64,000 nt of DNA, taken from positions 1 through 64,000 of the IMG/VR virus record IMGVR_UViG_3300037247_001786, one strand, 5' to 3'. Origin of the DNA: a virus (Duplodnaviria > Caudoviricetes). Both the position numbers and the translations under genes were made by a program. Below are positions 28,010 through 36,649 of the stretch, one piece after another. Under the pieces are notes generated by a model, which was not told where the DNA came from, did no database searches, and saw nothing but the letters and a program-made list of their open reading frames with translations. Each line of letters starts with the position of its first letter. Within the stretch, counting starts at the first letter, position 1.

Positions 28010-28157
28010 TGTTCTCGTATCCTGTAGATTTTATTATCGCGTACCGATTACTCGGTAAAGGGTCATTATCTGATTTATCGATGCTATTTTCCATTAAATT
28101 CCTATTAAAAATACTAATTACAGTTCTTTTATATTCGACATAAAACCTTTTAATAAT

Positions 28158-28194
28158 AAAAAAAGCCGCCCCGATTTAAAGCAGGGCGGCTTTT
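28158..28194 (-). terminator. Rho-independent terminator, possibly bidirectional
   Basis: AAAAGCCGCCC...GGGCGGCTTTT stem with T tracts on both strands. Confidence 0.85.
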
Positions 28195-28219
28195 AAAGAC
28201 AGTTAATGATGGTTATCGG

Positions 28220-28546
28220 TTAGCCATCTGACTCATCAGAAGATGAATCTTCTGTATTATCTTCCTCAACTGCTTCTTCCTCGGCGTTATCTTGAACAGT
28301 TACTACTTTGCCAGAAAGCATAGCTTCTAGATTAGCCATAACTGTAAGAGCTTCCGTCATCGCTCCTGCAAGCTTATCGGACTCGTCCTGAAGCTTGTCA
28401 ACCTTCTTAGTGTTGGCAGATACTTTTGACTTTACCTTATCAACACCTTTTTTGATTTGTGCAATTATGCCCTTGAATTGACCGAGAGCATCTTGCAACA
28501 TTTTTTCGCCGCTTTTAGGAAATATTCCAAATACTTTTTGTGACAT
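28220..28546 (-). CDS. Coiled-coil protein with acidic tail
   Basis: Heptad-like K/V-rich helix; RBS AGGAG. Confidence 0.7.
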   Translation of the reverse strand: MSQKVFGIFPKSGEKMLQDALGQFKGIIAQIKKGVDKVKSKVSANTKKVDKLQDESDKLAGAMTEALTVMANLEAMLSGKVVTVQDNAEEEAVEEDNTEDSSSDESDG

Positions 28547-28626
28547 TGTTACTTCTCCTGACTTAAAATAAAAAAATTAGTTTTAACGTTTTACATAATA
28601 GCATTGTATCTAATATAAAATCACTT

Positions 28627-28977
28627 TCAAGTACTATCTTTGTTTTTTTCCATATATTCTAAAATCATAGTTTCATATTCGTTATGAGAGATTATCGCTC
28701 TTTCTCCATGACTCGTTAGCTCCCAAATCCCCCTGTCGCTATTGCAGTTAATAATGCCAAAATGCTTTAAAACTAGACGACACCAATCAATATTTTTTCT
28801 TACAACTGACTCGCCAGAAGGTATCTTAACTTTCATTTCATTTTCTGTAATACCTAGCATTTTGACTGTGTCTTTTATAACTGTTTTTCGTGGGGAACTG
28901 CCTCCTAGTGAACGAAGAGAGTAAACTATTGCAGAACAATAAAACGAACGAACTTTCCAAGAACTACTTTTAAACAT
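28627..28977 (-). CDS. Stand-alone Mrr N-terminal-like winged-helix protein
   Basis: LRSLGGS...SG....KNIDWCRLVLKHFGII....RGIWELTSHG. Confidence 0.65.
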   Translation of the reverse strand: MFKSSSWKVRSFYCSAIVYSLRSLGGSSPRKTVIKDTVKMLGITENEMKVKIPSGESVVRKNIDWCRLVLKHFGIINCNSDRGIWELTSHGERAIISHNEYETMILEYMEKNKDST

Positions 28978-29045
28978 GTATCTTCCTTTTTAAAATAATT
29001 ATTTGATAGATGTCATTATGCACAATTAAAAATCACTTTCAAGTG

Positions 29046-29597
29046 CTAATTCGGGAAATCTAAACTTTTTATAATTTCTTTTCTTTCCATAGCAGTGTTT
29101 AATAATATAGGTTGATAATTAACTATCTCCAAAGATAAAAGATAATGATTATCTGTTAATCTTTCTACTAGATATGGTTCCCATTTTTTAGCTGGTACGT
29201 TATGAAAGTGTCCATGTATATTAATCTTATTATCTGGGATATCAACTGGAAAATGGCTTAAAACGTATTGTCCGATTGTTATTTGGTCGCAGACGAAATC
29301 AAAACCAGCATTATAAAACCATGTATGAGAATGTCGATCGTGATTGCCCCTTGTTAATATCTTTCTACCAGGAAGAGTATCAAGAATATCTTTTAACTGT
29401 TTTTGATTGCCAAAAATAACATCTCCAAGAAAAATTATTTCATCTTGAGGTCGGACTATATGTCTTATATTCTTGTTAATTCTCTCTGTAAAATCTTCTG
29501 GGCGTCCTGTAAATTGCTGCATATTTTTATGATGATAATGAGCATCTGCTATTAAATATCTTCTTACTGCATCTTTATTCATCTTTTGATTCTTCAT
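29046..29597 (-). CDS. Calcineurin-like metallophosphoesterase
   Basis: IADAHYHH, FLGDV, RGNHD, SHFP, IHGHFH. Confidence 0.88.
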   Translation of the reverse strand: MKNQKMNKDAVRRYLIADAHYHHKNMQQFTGRPEDFTERINKNIRHIVRPQDEIIFLGDVIFGNQKQLKDILDTLPGRKILTRGNHDRHSHTWFYNAGFDFVCDQITIGQYVLSHFPVDIPDNKINIHGHFHNVPAKKWEPYLVERLTDNHYLLSLEIVNYQPILLNTAMERKEIIKSLDFPN

Positions 29598-29888
29598 TTT
29601 AATTTTCTATTTTCAAATATTAAAGCAAGGATTCCCGATTCTCCACCTTGTATGCTTCGCCTAATAGTCCATTCTATCTATTAGTTATAGGATTTTAAGC
29701 ATTTCTGCCGCTAACGAACCCGCATAGTAATTTATTGATCGTATCTACACCTTTAACAAATATATATTCGACATTATAGCATATTTTCTTTCACTTACAA
29801 ATAAAAAAGGAATGTTACAGCACTTATCCGAATATAGTATAGATATAGATTTTTTACAACATAGAAGTTCGGAAATTAGGAGTTAATC

Positions 29889-30575
29889 ATGGTACAAACA
29901 ATAGAATTGATAGAAGACTTAAATAAAGTTAAAAATAAAATTAAAGAACTGCCAAGTAGGTCAAAGTATAAGAAACACGGGCAATGGCATCCAGCAACAA
30001 TAGAAAGACGTTTCGGGTCTTGGAATAAAGCCTTACAAGAAATTTTTGGGGAAGTGATAAGAGAGCAACCCGAATTGCGTCCCATTGTCGAATGTCTCAA
30101 ATGTGGCGAGAAAACAAAAAATGCTAAATTTTGCTCCAGGAGATGTGCTATTTCTGTAAATAATATAGGCGTAACTAGGAACTTGAATGATGGTAAATTT
30201 AAGAAAAAACCATGTAAAGAGTGTAAAACGATTACTTCGAATGCCAAGTATTGCTCTAGGAAATGTTCTAACGATTATAAAAGAAAAAAAATAGAACAAA
30301 TAATAGAGAGCGGTAAATACGCAAATAAAAGTGGAAGTAGCGATGTTCTAAAAAATTATGTAATCAGAAAAAGAGGCTACCAGTGTGAACAGTGTAAAAG
30401 TACTAAATGGTTAGGGCAGAACATCCCATTAAATCTACATCATAAAGATGGCGACGCGATGAGGAATGAGCTATCTAACCTGGAATTGTTATGTCTGAAC
30501 TGTCATGGACTAACACCTAATTTTGGTAGAAAAAATAAAAAATCTACACGAACAAACAGGTACAAAAAGAAATGA
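29889..30575 (+). CDS. Free-standing HNH homing endonuclease beside the tRNA cluster
   Basis: CEQC...LNLHHKDGD..RNELSNLELLCLNCH; N-terminal homing-endonuclease-associated repeat (RRFGSWNKAL) and CxxC...FCS..C units. Confidence 0.85.
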   Translation: MVQTIELIEDLNKVKNKIKELPSRSKYKKHGQWHPATIERRFGSWNKALQEIFGEVIREQPELRPIVECLKCGEKTKNAKFCSRRCAISVNNIGVTRNLNDGKFKKKPCKECKTITSNAKYCSRKCSNDYKRKKIEQIIESGKYANKSGSSDVLKNYVIRKRGYQCEQCKSTKWLGQNIPLNLHHKDGDAMRNELSNLELLCLNCHGLTPNFGRKNKKSTRTNRYKKK

Positions 30576-30576
30576 A

Positions 30577-30647
30577 AACACCGAGCGGGAATCTAACCCG
30601 CGTCTCAACCTCGGCAAGGTCGCATAATGACATTATACCATCGGTGT
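30577..30647 (-). tRNA. tRNA-Gly(GCC) with variant T-loop (TTAGATT)
   Basis: Acceptor ACACCGA/TCGGTGT, anticodon arm CGACC-TTGCCGA-GGTTG, T arm GCGGG/CCCGC. Confidence 0.8.
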
Positions 30648-30914
30648 AATTTTGAAGAATAAGAATTAGCTTTTTAACGCTTCTGCTGAGTCAGGTATGT
30701 CATTCTTGCACTGTCGCATACCGCCAAACTTTTTAAATTCTTGGTGCATCAATCTTTAAAAAGAATAGCCTCTTCTCTCCTAATACGATTGTTCTGCGAT
30801 CGTGCCTCTGTGGATATCAGATATTTCATACGGGCCTTTTTCGAGTCAATATTAGAAAATAGGAAGTCGTATCTAATTAGTCCCTACTACCTATTACTAG
30901 GTCTCATTCTTCAT

Positions 30915-30986
30915 TTCCCCATCCCGGAATCGAACCGAGCCAAGAACATTGGAAGTGTCCTATGCAAGCCAATACATCTATGGGGA
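30915..30986 (-). tRNA. tRNA-Gly(TCC)
   Basis: Acceptor TCCCCAT/ATGGGGA, D arm ATGT/GCAT, anticodon arm GGACA-CTTCCAA-TGTTC, T arm CTCGG-TTCGATT-CCGGG. Confidence 0.88.
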
Positions 30987-31160
30987 ATATAATCTTTATT
31001 TACTTTTAAAATTTAAAAACAAGAAAAGGAACAGAATTAATCTCATCTGTTTCAAAACTCTCTATTTGAGATTTTTCCCAAGGAGGAGATTGAACCTTAC
31101 TAGTTTCGGAACATCCGCTAATCAATATACAGAACAACACAGATAATGTCAATAACTTTT

Positions 31161-31427
31161 TCATTGGTTCTTCCTTTTTCTTATAATTAGTAAAAAATCC
31201 TTTATTTTTTTAATCTTTTCTTTTATAGAAGCATAAAAATTACAAAATGGCTCTTTCGCTTTTTTAGCGTAAAATATCCCACATAGAATTTGGCATGTCA
31301 TACAAAACAAATTAACCAATAAAGTACCTAAAGAGACTCCCGTAATTATAGTACATAAACTAGAGAGAGTCCATAAAGCACACCATATTGTCATAATAAC
31401 ACTAAAAATATTAAAATTAAATTTCAT
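31161..31427 (-). CDS. Small membrane protein (start corrected to MKFNF at 31427)
   Basis: Two hydrophobic Cys-containing helices and a basic tail. Confidence 0.6.
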   Translation of the reverse strand: MKFNFNIFSVIMTIWCALWTLSSLCTIITGVSLGTLLVNLFCMTCQILCGIFYAKKAKEPFCNFYASIKEKIKKIKDFLLIIRKRKNQ

Positions 31428-31428
31428 C

Positions 31429-31848
31429 TTAATCTTCCATTTCTGAAATTTCAACAGCGAGTTTTCCAGCACGACTTCTTGCACTATCAAATTCTGCTCT
31501 AAGAGCATGAGCTTCGGCATCGTGAAAAACAATAAACTCTTGTTTCGCTTGTTCTGATAATCGAGTCGCTTCTTCTTGTAATTGTTTCATTCTTCCTGTT
31601 AATTCTATTTTTTTATAATTCACAGTTTCTCCTTTAGAAATAAATCTACTTAAAAGATAAGAACCAGCTTCTTTAAGTCGCATTACTGGAGTATGATTTC
31701 CTATTTTATCAGCTTCGCTGGTTACTACGTCTTTTTTTACATTCCCGATATCGTCAAAATAATAAACTTCATCACCTGTCTTAACGATTTTATTAAATAG
31801 TTCAATGTGAATTCTTTTATTATTCATTTTTGCTCTACCTGTCGTCAT
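31429..31848 (-). CDS. Hypothetical protein (start corrected to MTTG at 31848)
   Basis: RBS GAAGGAG before 31848. Confidence 0.65.
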   Translation of the reverse strand: MTTGRAKMNNKRIHIELFNKIVKTGDEVYYFDDIGNVKKDVVTSEADKIGNHTPVMRLKEAGSYLLSRFISKGETVNYKKIELTGRMKQLQEEATRLSEQAKQEFIVFHDAEAHALRAEFDSARSRAGKLAVEISEMED

Positions 31849-31999
31849 TTTTACTCCTTCAAGAATAAAAAAAATTGAGTGCATCAACCACCCTTTTATC
31901 CAAGCCATCCCGGTTCATTTGTTGAGGTCATTAACCTCTCTTGGGGTGATGTGTTTTATTTCATCCCGGCCACTCAATTTTCTTGAGCATAATCGCTCA

Positions 32000-32108
32000 C
32001 AACCAAGGTAGGATTCGAACCTACAACCTCTACTTTTTTGTCCAATTGTGGTTTCCCATGCTCAATTGGCTCTTACATATAGCTATCTACCATTTGATAT
32101 ACTTGGTT
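32000..32108 (-). tRNA. tRNA-like gene with hairpin insertion in the anticodon loop (intron-containing or pseudo-tRNA)
   Basis: Acceptor AACCAAG/CTTGGTT, D arm TATC-AAATGGTA-GATA, T arm GTAGG-TTCGAAT-CCTAC; anticodon loop ~40 nt. Confidence 0.6.
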
Positions 32109-32163
32109 TTAACAGTTGAGACAAGACTTGATACTTGCGAATTCCCGTGTACTTAGGTTCAGA

Positions 32164-32253
32164 CTTACAATACGGGACTCGAACCCGCGTTCCCTCTTTA
32201 TTAGGTAATTAATCTAACTTTAAGAGGTGTACTATCCTCTATACGAATCGTAA
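32164..32253 (-). tRNA. tRNA-like gene with 25-nt anticodon loop (intron-containing or pseudo-tRNA)
   Basis: Acceptor TTACGAT/ATTGTAA, D arm GTAT/GTAC, anticodon stem CCTCT/AGAGG, T arm GCGGG-TTCGAGT-CCCGT. Confidence 0.6.
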
Positions 32254-32284
32254 TGCGTTATCTTAACGCTACTCAACTTTTTGT

Positions 32285-32312
32285 ATCATATCATATTTAG
32301 AATCACTTTCAA
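32285..32312 (-). promoter_or_regulatory. Sigma70-type promoter driving the tRNA-like cluster
   Basis: TTGAAA gtgattctaaatatga TATGAT. Confidence 0.6.
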
Positions 32313-32321
32313 TAATAAAAA

Positions 32322-33053
32322 TTATTTAATTTTATTTTTTATTTTCGTAAGTTGTTCCATAGATTTTTCTGCTAAAGAATAATCAACGAATAGAGCGACA
32401 TTAATATCATATAAATATTTATCTCCCTGTTCTAGAGAAATAATATCACTAAAGATAGGATTTTTATCTTTTATTTCTTTGTCTAGTATATCTTCAACTG
32501 TCATCCCGGTTTCTTCTTGCTTATTATGGACATAATTTATAACAACGTCTGTATTTATAAATGATCCTTGTTTTTTCCCTATTTTTAATAGATGCTTTTG
32601 AGGCTCTGGTATCGCCGCCCAGTCAGCGACATCAATAGAAGTTATAAATATATTTTCGAAAGGAAAGTCTTCAGGACTAGATCCAGGCATAATATTTTTT
32701 CTTACTTTTTCTCTTAATTCTTGTTTGTAGTTATCTACGATATTTGTAGCGACTTCTTTTAAATACTCGCTTACATCCTCTACTAATAGATTTTCTTGTT
32801 CTTGAGTTAATCCTTCTAAATCATCATGAAACAATGCTTTTTTGAATTTATCAAGATCTGAGTTTAAGTTAGTATCAAAATTAAAAAATGTATTTGGTTT
32901 TATTTCTTTAAGTTGTCCTGTTCCAGCGGCTACTTCAAAATCATAGTCAACTGTTTGTTGATTCATTTTGGTTCGAAATGCTTCCATAATCTCAGACGAG
33001 ATAGAAGTTATAACATCTTCATCTTTTAAATATTTATAAATTTCTTTATCCAT
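32322..33053 (-). CDS. Hypothetical protein
   Basis: 243-aa ORF; no motif recognised. Confidence 0.7.
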   Translation of the reverse strand: MDKEIYKYLKDEDVITSISSEIMEAFRTKMNQQTVDYDFEVAAGTGQLKEIKPNTFFNFDTNLNSDLDKFKKALFHDDLEGLTQEQENLLVEDVSEYLKEVATNIVDNYKQELREKVRKNIMPGSSPEDFPFENIFITSIDVADWAAIPEPQKHLLKIGKKQGSFINTDVVINYVHNKQEETGMTVEDILDKEIKDKNPIFSDIISLEQGDKYLYDINVALFVDYSLAEKSMEQLTKIKNKIK

Positions 33054-33188
33054 AATTTGTATCCTTATTTTAACTATTATATATTATCTATCGGAATAAG
33101 GGCTAAAAAACTTAATATCAGAATATTAAAGGATTATGACGAATATATATGAAAGAATAAATATTAGTGTTTCATTGAGGAGAATATA

Positions 33189-33800
33189 TTGAGCACCTGG
33201 TACCAAAAATGTATGCCAAAAATAAAAGACGTAAAAAAACATCTTGCAGGAACTCTTGAAGAAATAAAAACATCTGACAATATAGATTCTCTATATGTTT
33301 GGGGATCATTTGTAGATAATTATGACAACTCTAATTTTAGAATTAGAGATATCGATATTATCGCCGTAACAGATTTTAACTCTGGCGATTTAACCGCTAT
33401 AGATAAAAGCATTACCACTCAAAAACTTTCAGATGAAGAGCTAGAAGATCAAGGATATAATCCAACTGCTATAAAGTTTAGTAAAGATTTTTTAAAATTA
33501 AAAAAATATAATATTGATCATTGGGTTATTTCATCTGATAAAAAACTTCTACATTGGGGACCTATTCCATCAAGCAAGGAAGAGTCAGAAGCCATAAACA
33601 AAGATGCCTCAATTCATGCATTTAATCAAACTGGTTATCGTAGAGAAAAAATAAATAAAGCGGCACAAGAGGTAAGAGATAATTGGTATGAAGAGTATCA
33701 TACTTATATGAATAAAGTTTTTGCAGATATGCCTTCAGGTTGGTATTTAAGCGGAACAGAAAATATTGATGAAATAATTGAAAAAGCTATAAAGTTTTAA
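33189..33800 (+). CDS. Pol-beta-superfamily nucleotidyltransferase-like protein
   Basis: LYVWGSF...RDIDIIA (GS plus DxD); N-terminus MSTWYQK weakly resembles the MNWYK tag. Confidence 0.6.
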   Translation: MSTWYQKCMPKIKDVKKHLAGTLEEIKTSDNIDSLYVWGSFVDNYDNSNFRIRDIDIIAVTDFNSGDLTAIDKSITTQKLSDEELEDQGYNPTAIKFSKDFLKLKKYNIDHWVISSDKKLLHWGPIPSSKEESEAINKDASIHAFNQTGYRREKINKAAQEVRDNWYEEYHTYMNKVFADMPSGWYLSGTENIDEIIEKAIKF

Positions 33801-33804
33801 AAAA

Positions 33805-34146
33805 TTATAGTGTCCCAGCAATCCAGAAACCAAACTTATTCATTGTCAACCATAGCCTGCTTCCGTTAGAAACGAGAGTTATATTTTCTCCTGGGACATC
33901 AGCATATAAACCTTGCCCCAAAATGGGAGAAGAGGTATCTATTATCTGGTCTAAAATATTTCCAGGAACGATGTTCATAGCTAAAATATCCTGAACACAA
34001 AAATGAAATATCACGCCTTTTGGAGCGTTATCTGGCAAAGTATAAGAAACTTGAGTTAAAGTATCTCTATTAGAAAAAACCCCGCCTGAGTCGGATAGTG
34101 TTAATTGATAATCTTGTATTTTATTTATTACACATTTCGTATGCAT
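33805..34146 (-). CDS. Small beta-rich protein; domain shared with 34158..34505 and the C-terminus of 34522..36231
   Basis: SGGVFSN...LP...G..F.F.V...DVPGENITLVSNG...W...FGFW. Confidence 0.7.
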   Translation of the reverse strand: MHTKCVINKIQDYQLTLSDSGGVFSNRDTLTQVSYTLPDNAPKGVIFHFCVQDILAMNIVPGNILDQIIDTSSPILGQGLYADVPGENITLVSNGSRLWLTMNKFGFWIAGTL

Positions 34147-34157
34147 TTTTTATTTCC

Positions 34158-34505
34158 TTATATTTCCACTGTCCAGGTGCCGAAAATGTCCATAGGATAC
34201 CATTCGTTAACGCCATTTGAAATAAGAATTATGGTCTCGCCCGGAGCATCGGCCCATATATATTTATCACTTATCATTGAAGGATTAAAGTCAACCCCCC
34301 TTATAGTTCCTATTCCTGGGTCTATTCTAAATTGTTGAGCAGTTGGAACAGAAAAAATATAATAAATTCCATTAGAAGTGTTTTCAGGAAGAAAAAGAGT
34401 GACCGTTTCCCCTGCTCCAAAATTTGTAAAAACTGTTCCTGATTCTGATTCGAGAATAGTATAATTCGAAGTTTTATTTGCAATTGTTAAAGTTGTTGGT
34501 ATCAT
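34158..34505 (-). CDS. Small beta-rich protein, paralogous domain
   Basis: SGTVFTNFGA...LP...G..Y.F.V...DAPGETIILISNG...W...FGTW. Confidence 0.7.
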   Translation of the reverse strand: MIPTTLTIANKTSNYTILESESGTVFTNFGAGETVTLFLPENTSNGIYYIFSVPTAQQFRIDPGIGTIRGVDFNPSMISDKYIWADAPGETIILISNGVNEWYPMDIFGTWTVEI

Positions 34506-34521
34506 ATTTTTCTCCTAAGCG

Positions 34522-36231
34522 TTATAACCCTTCTGTCCAAAATCCAAATTTACTAATTACGAACCAGTTACTTACTCCGTCGGAAACAATAGTTAATGAA
34601 ACACCGTCCACGCCCGCATATTTATATTTTCCAACACCTTGCCCGCTGGTGTCTATAATAGTATCAGCCCCGTCAGGCTGTAGAAATAATAGATAATTCT
34701 CAACAAGAACAAAAGAAAAATATATCCCTGGGGTTGATGCCGATGGTAAATTTATAGTGACGAAACTTCCGGCTCCCTCATTTGTATGAACGGTTCCTGA
34801 CTGGCCAACCGTTAAATCGTTTGCCGGAACTCCATCCGTAGGATGAGCGATAACGTCGCTAATAGTTTCAGTAACAAAATTATCACAACTTGGATAAGGG
34901 GAACAGATGCATGATGCCAAACAATCCTCTTGAGTTAAATGAGTAGATAAAATCTGCAAGTTCTGGTCATCTGTCAACTCATTAGAACAAGAACAAGTTC
35001 CTAAAGAAATATTTTCGATACAATACCAGGTTTCAGAACAGACGGTGATATTATCTCCACAATATTGCCATGCAATAGATCCATCATTATAAGTAACCGT
35101 TGCACACCAAGAGGTATTACCTCCTGTCTCATTGCAATCGGGAACTACAGAAACTATAAAAGGAACATCATCATTTGTGTATTGAAAAGTATCGGTTTTG
35201 CCGCATTGATGACCACCTCCCGTAACACCTGGACCTTCTCCAAGACAAGTACTAACACATCCACTCCTCCATAATACTTTATCGGAGTCTATAGGTTCGT
35301 TACAAGGGTCTCCATATGCTGATGAAAATACTATTATCTCGTCCCTTGTATCATTAGTAGTATAACTTATTGTGGCTGTAGGTATTTTTATCTCTTGACA
35401 ATCTAAATCTCTTGTTTTCGAATTCCCAATTCTAGAAATATTAAAATCAGGACCCAATACATAAAATGCATAAGCAGTCGATCTGGTTCCACGACAATTA
35501 GGGACAGTTCTTATTCCTAAAGGTAAATCAGATTCACGAATAGAAAAACAATCATGCCAGACAAAATCCGGATTCCTACCGACATTACTTCTTGTTAAGT
35601 ATAAAGACTGGTTACTATTACCATATCTTTGAATATCAGGATTAAATCTCGTCGGAGGATATGATCCTGGATATCTAGTGGTTTCATTAGTACTAACGCA
35701 TCCAGTATCATACAATACAGTTCCTGAACAATCGGTTCCATCAAAATTACCCATTACCTGTATTCTATCAGGGACCCAGTAGGTAGTGAATTCTACATAA
35801 ATATCAGTCACTCTGTCTCCAGGTGTATCGGGATCAACAATCCATTCTGGAAAACAACTAATAGAAGAAGTTTCTACAACAATTGACTCTATATCACTGA
35901 AGAAAACTTCTCCATTTATAATAGATCTAGCCTGTATTAAAATAACGCCCTCTTTACCGGCAAAAGGTATGATAGAGAATAAAGTATCTCCTGCACTGTA
36001 AATTCCAGATGCCGTTGCCGAGTTGACCCTCTGGTTTAATGAAGAATTATTAAAAGAATAGTATACTTCCGTACTTGTAGGAATAGCGTCGGTGTTTAAA
36101 ATTCTCCAAGACACTGACGAATTTTGTAGATGTGCCACTATTCCTGGAAAACTTACAAACTCTAAAAAGGGAAAATCTCCACAATTAGGTCTATCGCAAG
36201 GATTAATTAATTCTATTCTATGTATTGCCAT
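34522..36231 (-). CDS. Cys-rich putative virion or tail-associated protein
   Basis: Many Cys; two related internal units (YDTGCVST / WRSGCVST); C-terminal domain shared with the two downstream genes. Confidence 0.65.
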   Translation of the reverse strand: MAIHRIELINPCDRPNCGDFPFLEFVSFPGIVAHLQNSSVSWRILNTDAIPTSTEVYYSFNNSSLNQRVNSATASGIYSAGDTLFSIIPFAGKEGVILIQARSIINGEVFFSDIESIVVETSSISCFPEWIVDPDTPGDRVTDIYVEFTTYWVPDRIQVMGNFDGTDCSGTVLYDTGCVSTNETTRYPGSYPPTRFNPDIQRYGNSNQSLYLTRSNVGRNPDFVWHDCFSIRESDLPLGIRTVPNCRGTRSTAYAFYVLGPDFNISRIGNSKTRDLDCQEIKIPTATISYTTNDTRDEIIVFSSAYGDPCNEPIDSDKVLWRSGCVSTCLGEGPGVTGGGHQCGKTDTFQYTNDDVPFIVSVVPDCNETGGNTSWCATVTYNDGSIAWQYCGDNITVCSETWYCIENISLGTCSCSNELTDDQNLQILSTHLTQEDCLASCICSPYPSCDNFVTETISDVIAHPTDGVPANDLTVGQSGTVHTNEGAGSFVTINLPSASTPGIYFSFVLVENYLLFLQPDGADTIIDTSGQGVGKYKYAGVDGVSLTIVSDGVSNWFVISKFGFWTEGL

Positions 36232-36232
36232 T

Positions 36233-36649
36233 TTATTGTCTATTTATTCCCATTAAATTATTATTACCTTGCTCTTTAATTACTTTAAAACCAAATTTTT
36301 CATAGAAATTTGTTAGAGCTTCTAAAGGCAATCCATCAAATCCCATAGGAGAAGCATTTAAATAGATATAATTAACATTTCTTTTAGAAAGCTCCTTCAT
36401 CGCTTCTTCAATTAAGGCAGTTCCATACCCTTGACCCATATTAGCAGTATTTACTTCTATATGTTCTATTTTTGCTATCCAATCATCTTCATCAATTCCA
36501 ATTTTTTCAAATTCTTCTGGAGACATATCTTCTGTAAATTCATATCTTGGAGAAGTTTCAGTTATAACGACACTTCCATAAGGAGAAGAAATAGTTACTC
36601 TATCCTCGTCGGTATTGTAAGAAAATTGTGCTATTTTATACCAGTTCAT
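36233..36649 (-). CDS. MNWYK-tag GNAT acetyltransferase
   Basis: MNWYKIAQ; IEVNTANMGQGYGTALI (motif A); FYEKFGF. Confidence 0.85.
   Translation of the reverse strand: MNWYKIAQFSYNTDEDRVTISSPYGSVVITETSPRYEFTEDMSPEEFEKIGIDEDDWIAKIEHIEVNTANMGQGYGTALIEEAMKELSKRNVNYIYLNASPMGFDGLPLEALTNFYEKFGFKVIKEQGNNNLMGINRQ

Noticed and set aside
29620-29650. GATTCCCGATTCTCCACC as a tmRNA 3' end
   Set aside because: There is no matching 5' GGGG acceptor strand, no TTCGA loop and no tag ORF.
31075-31140. Possible tRNA remnant (AGGTTCAATCTCC on the minus strand)
   Set aside because: Only a T-arm-like fragment is present; no acceptor or anticodon arm pairing was found.
32112-32160. Possible third tRNA between the two expanded-loop tRNA-like genes
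   Set aside because: A degenerate T arm (GCAAG-TATCAAGT-CTTGT) only; too short for a cloverleaf.
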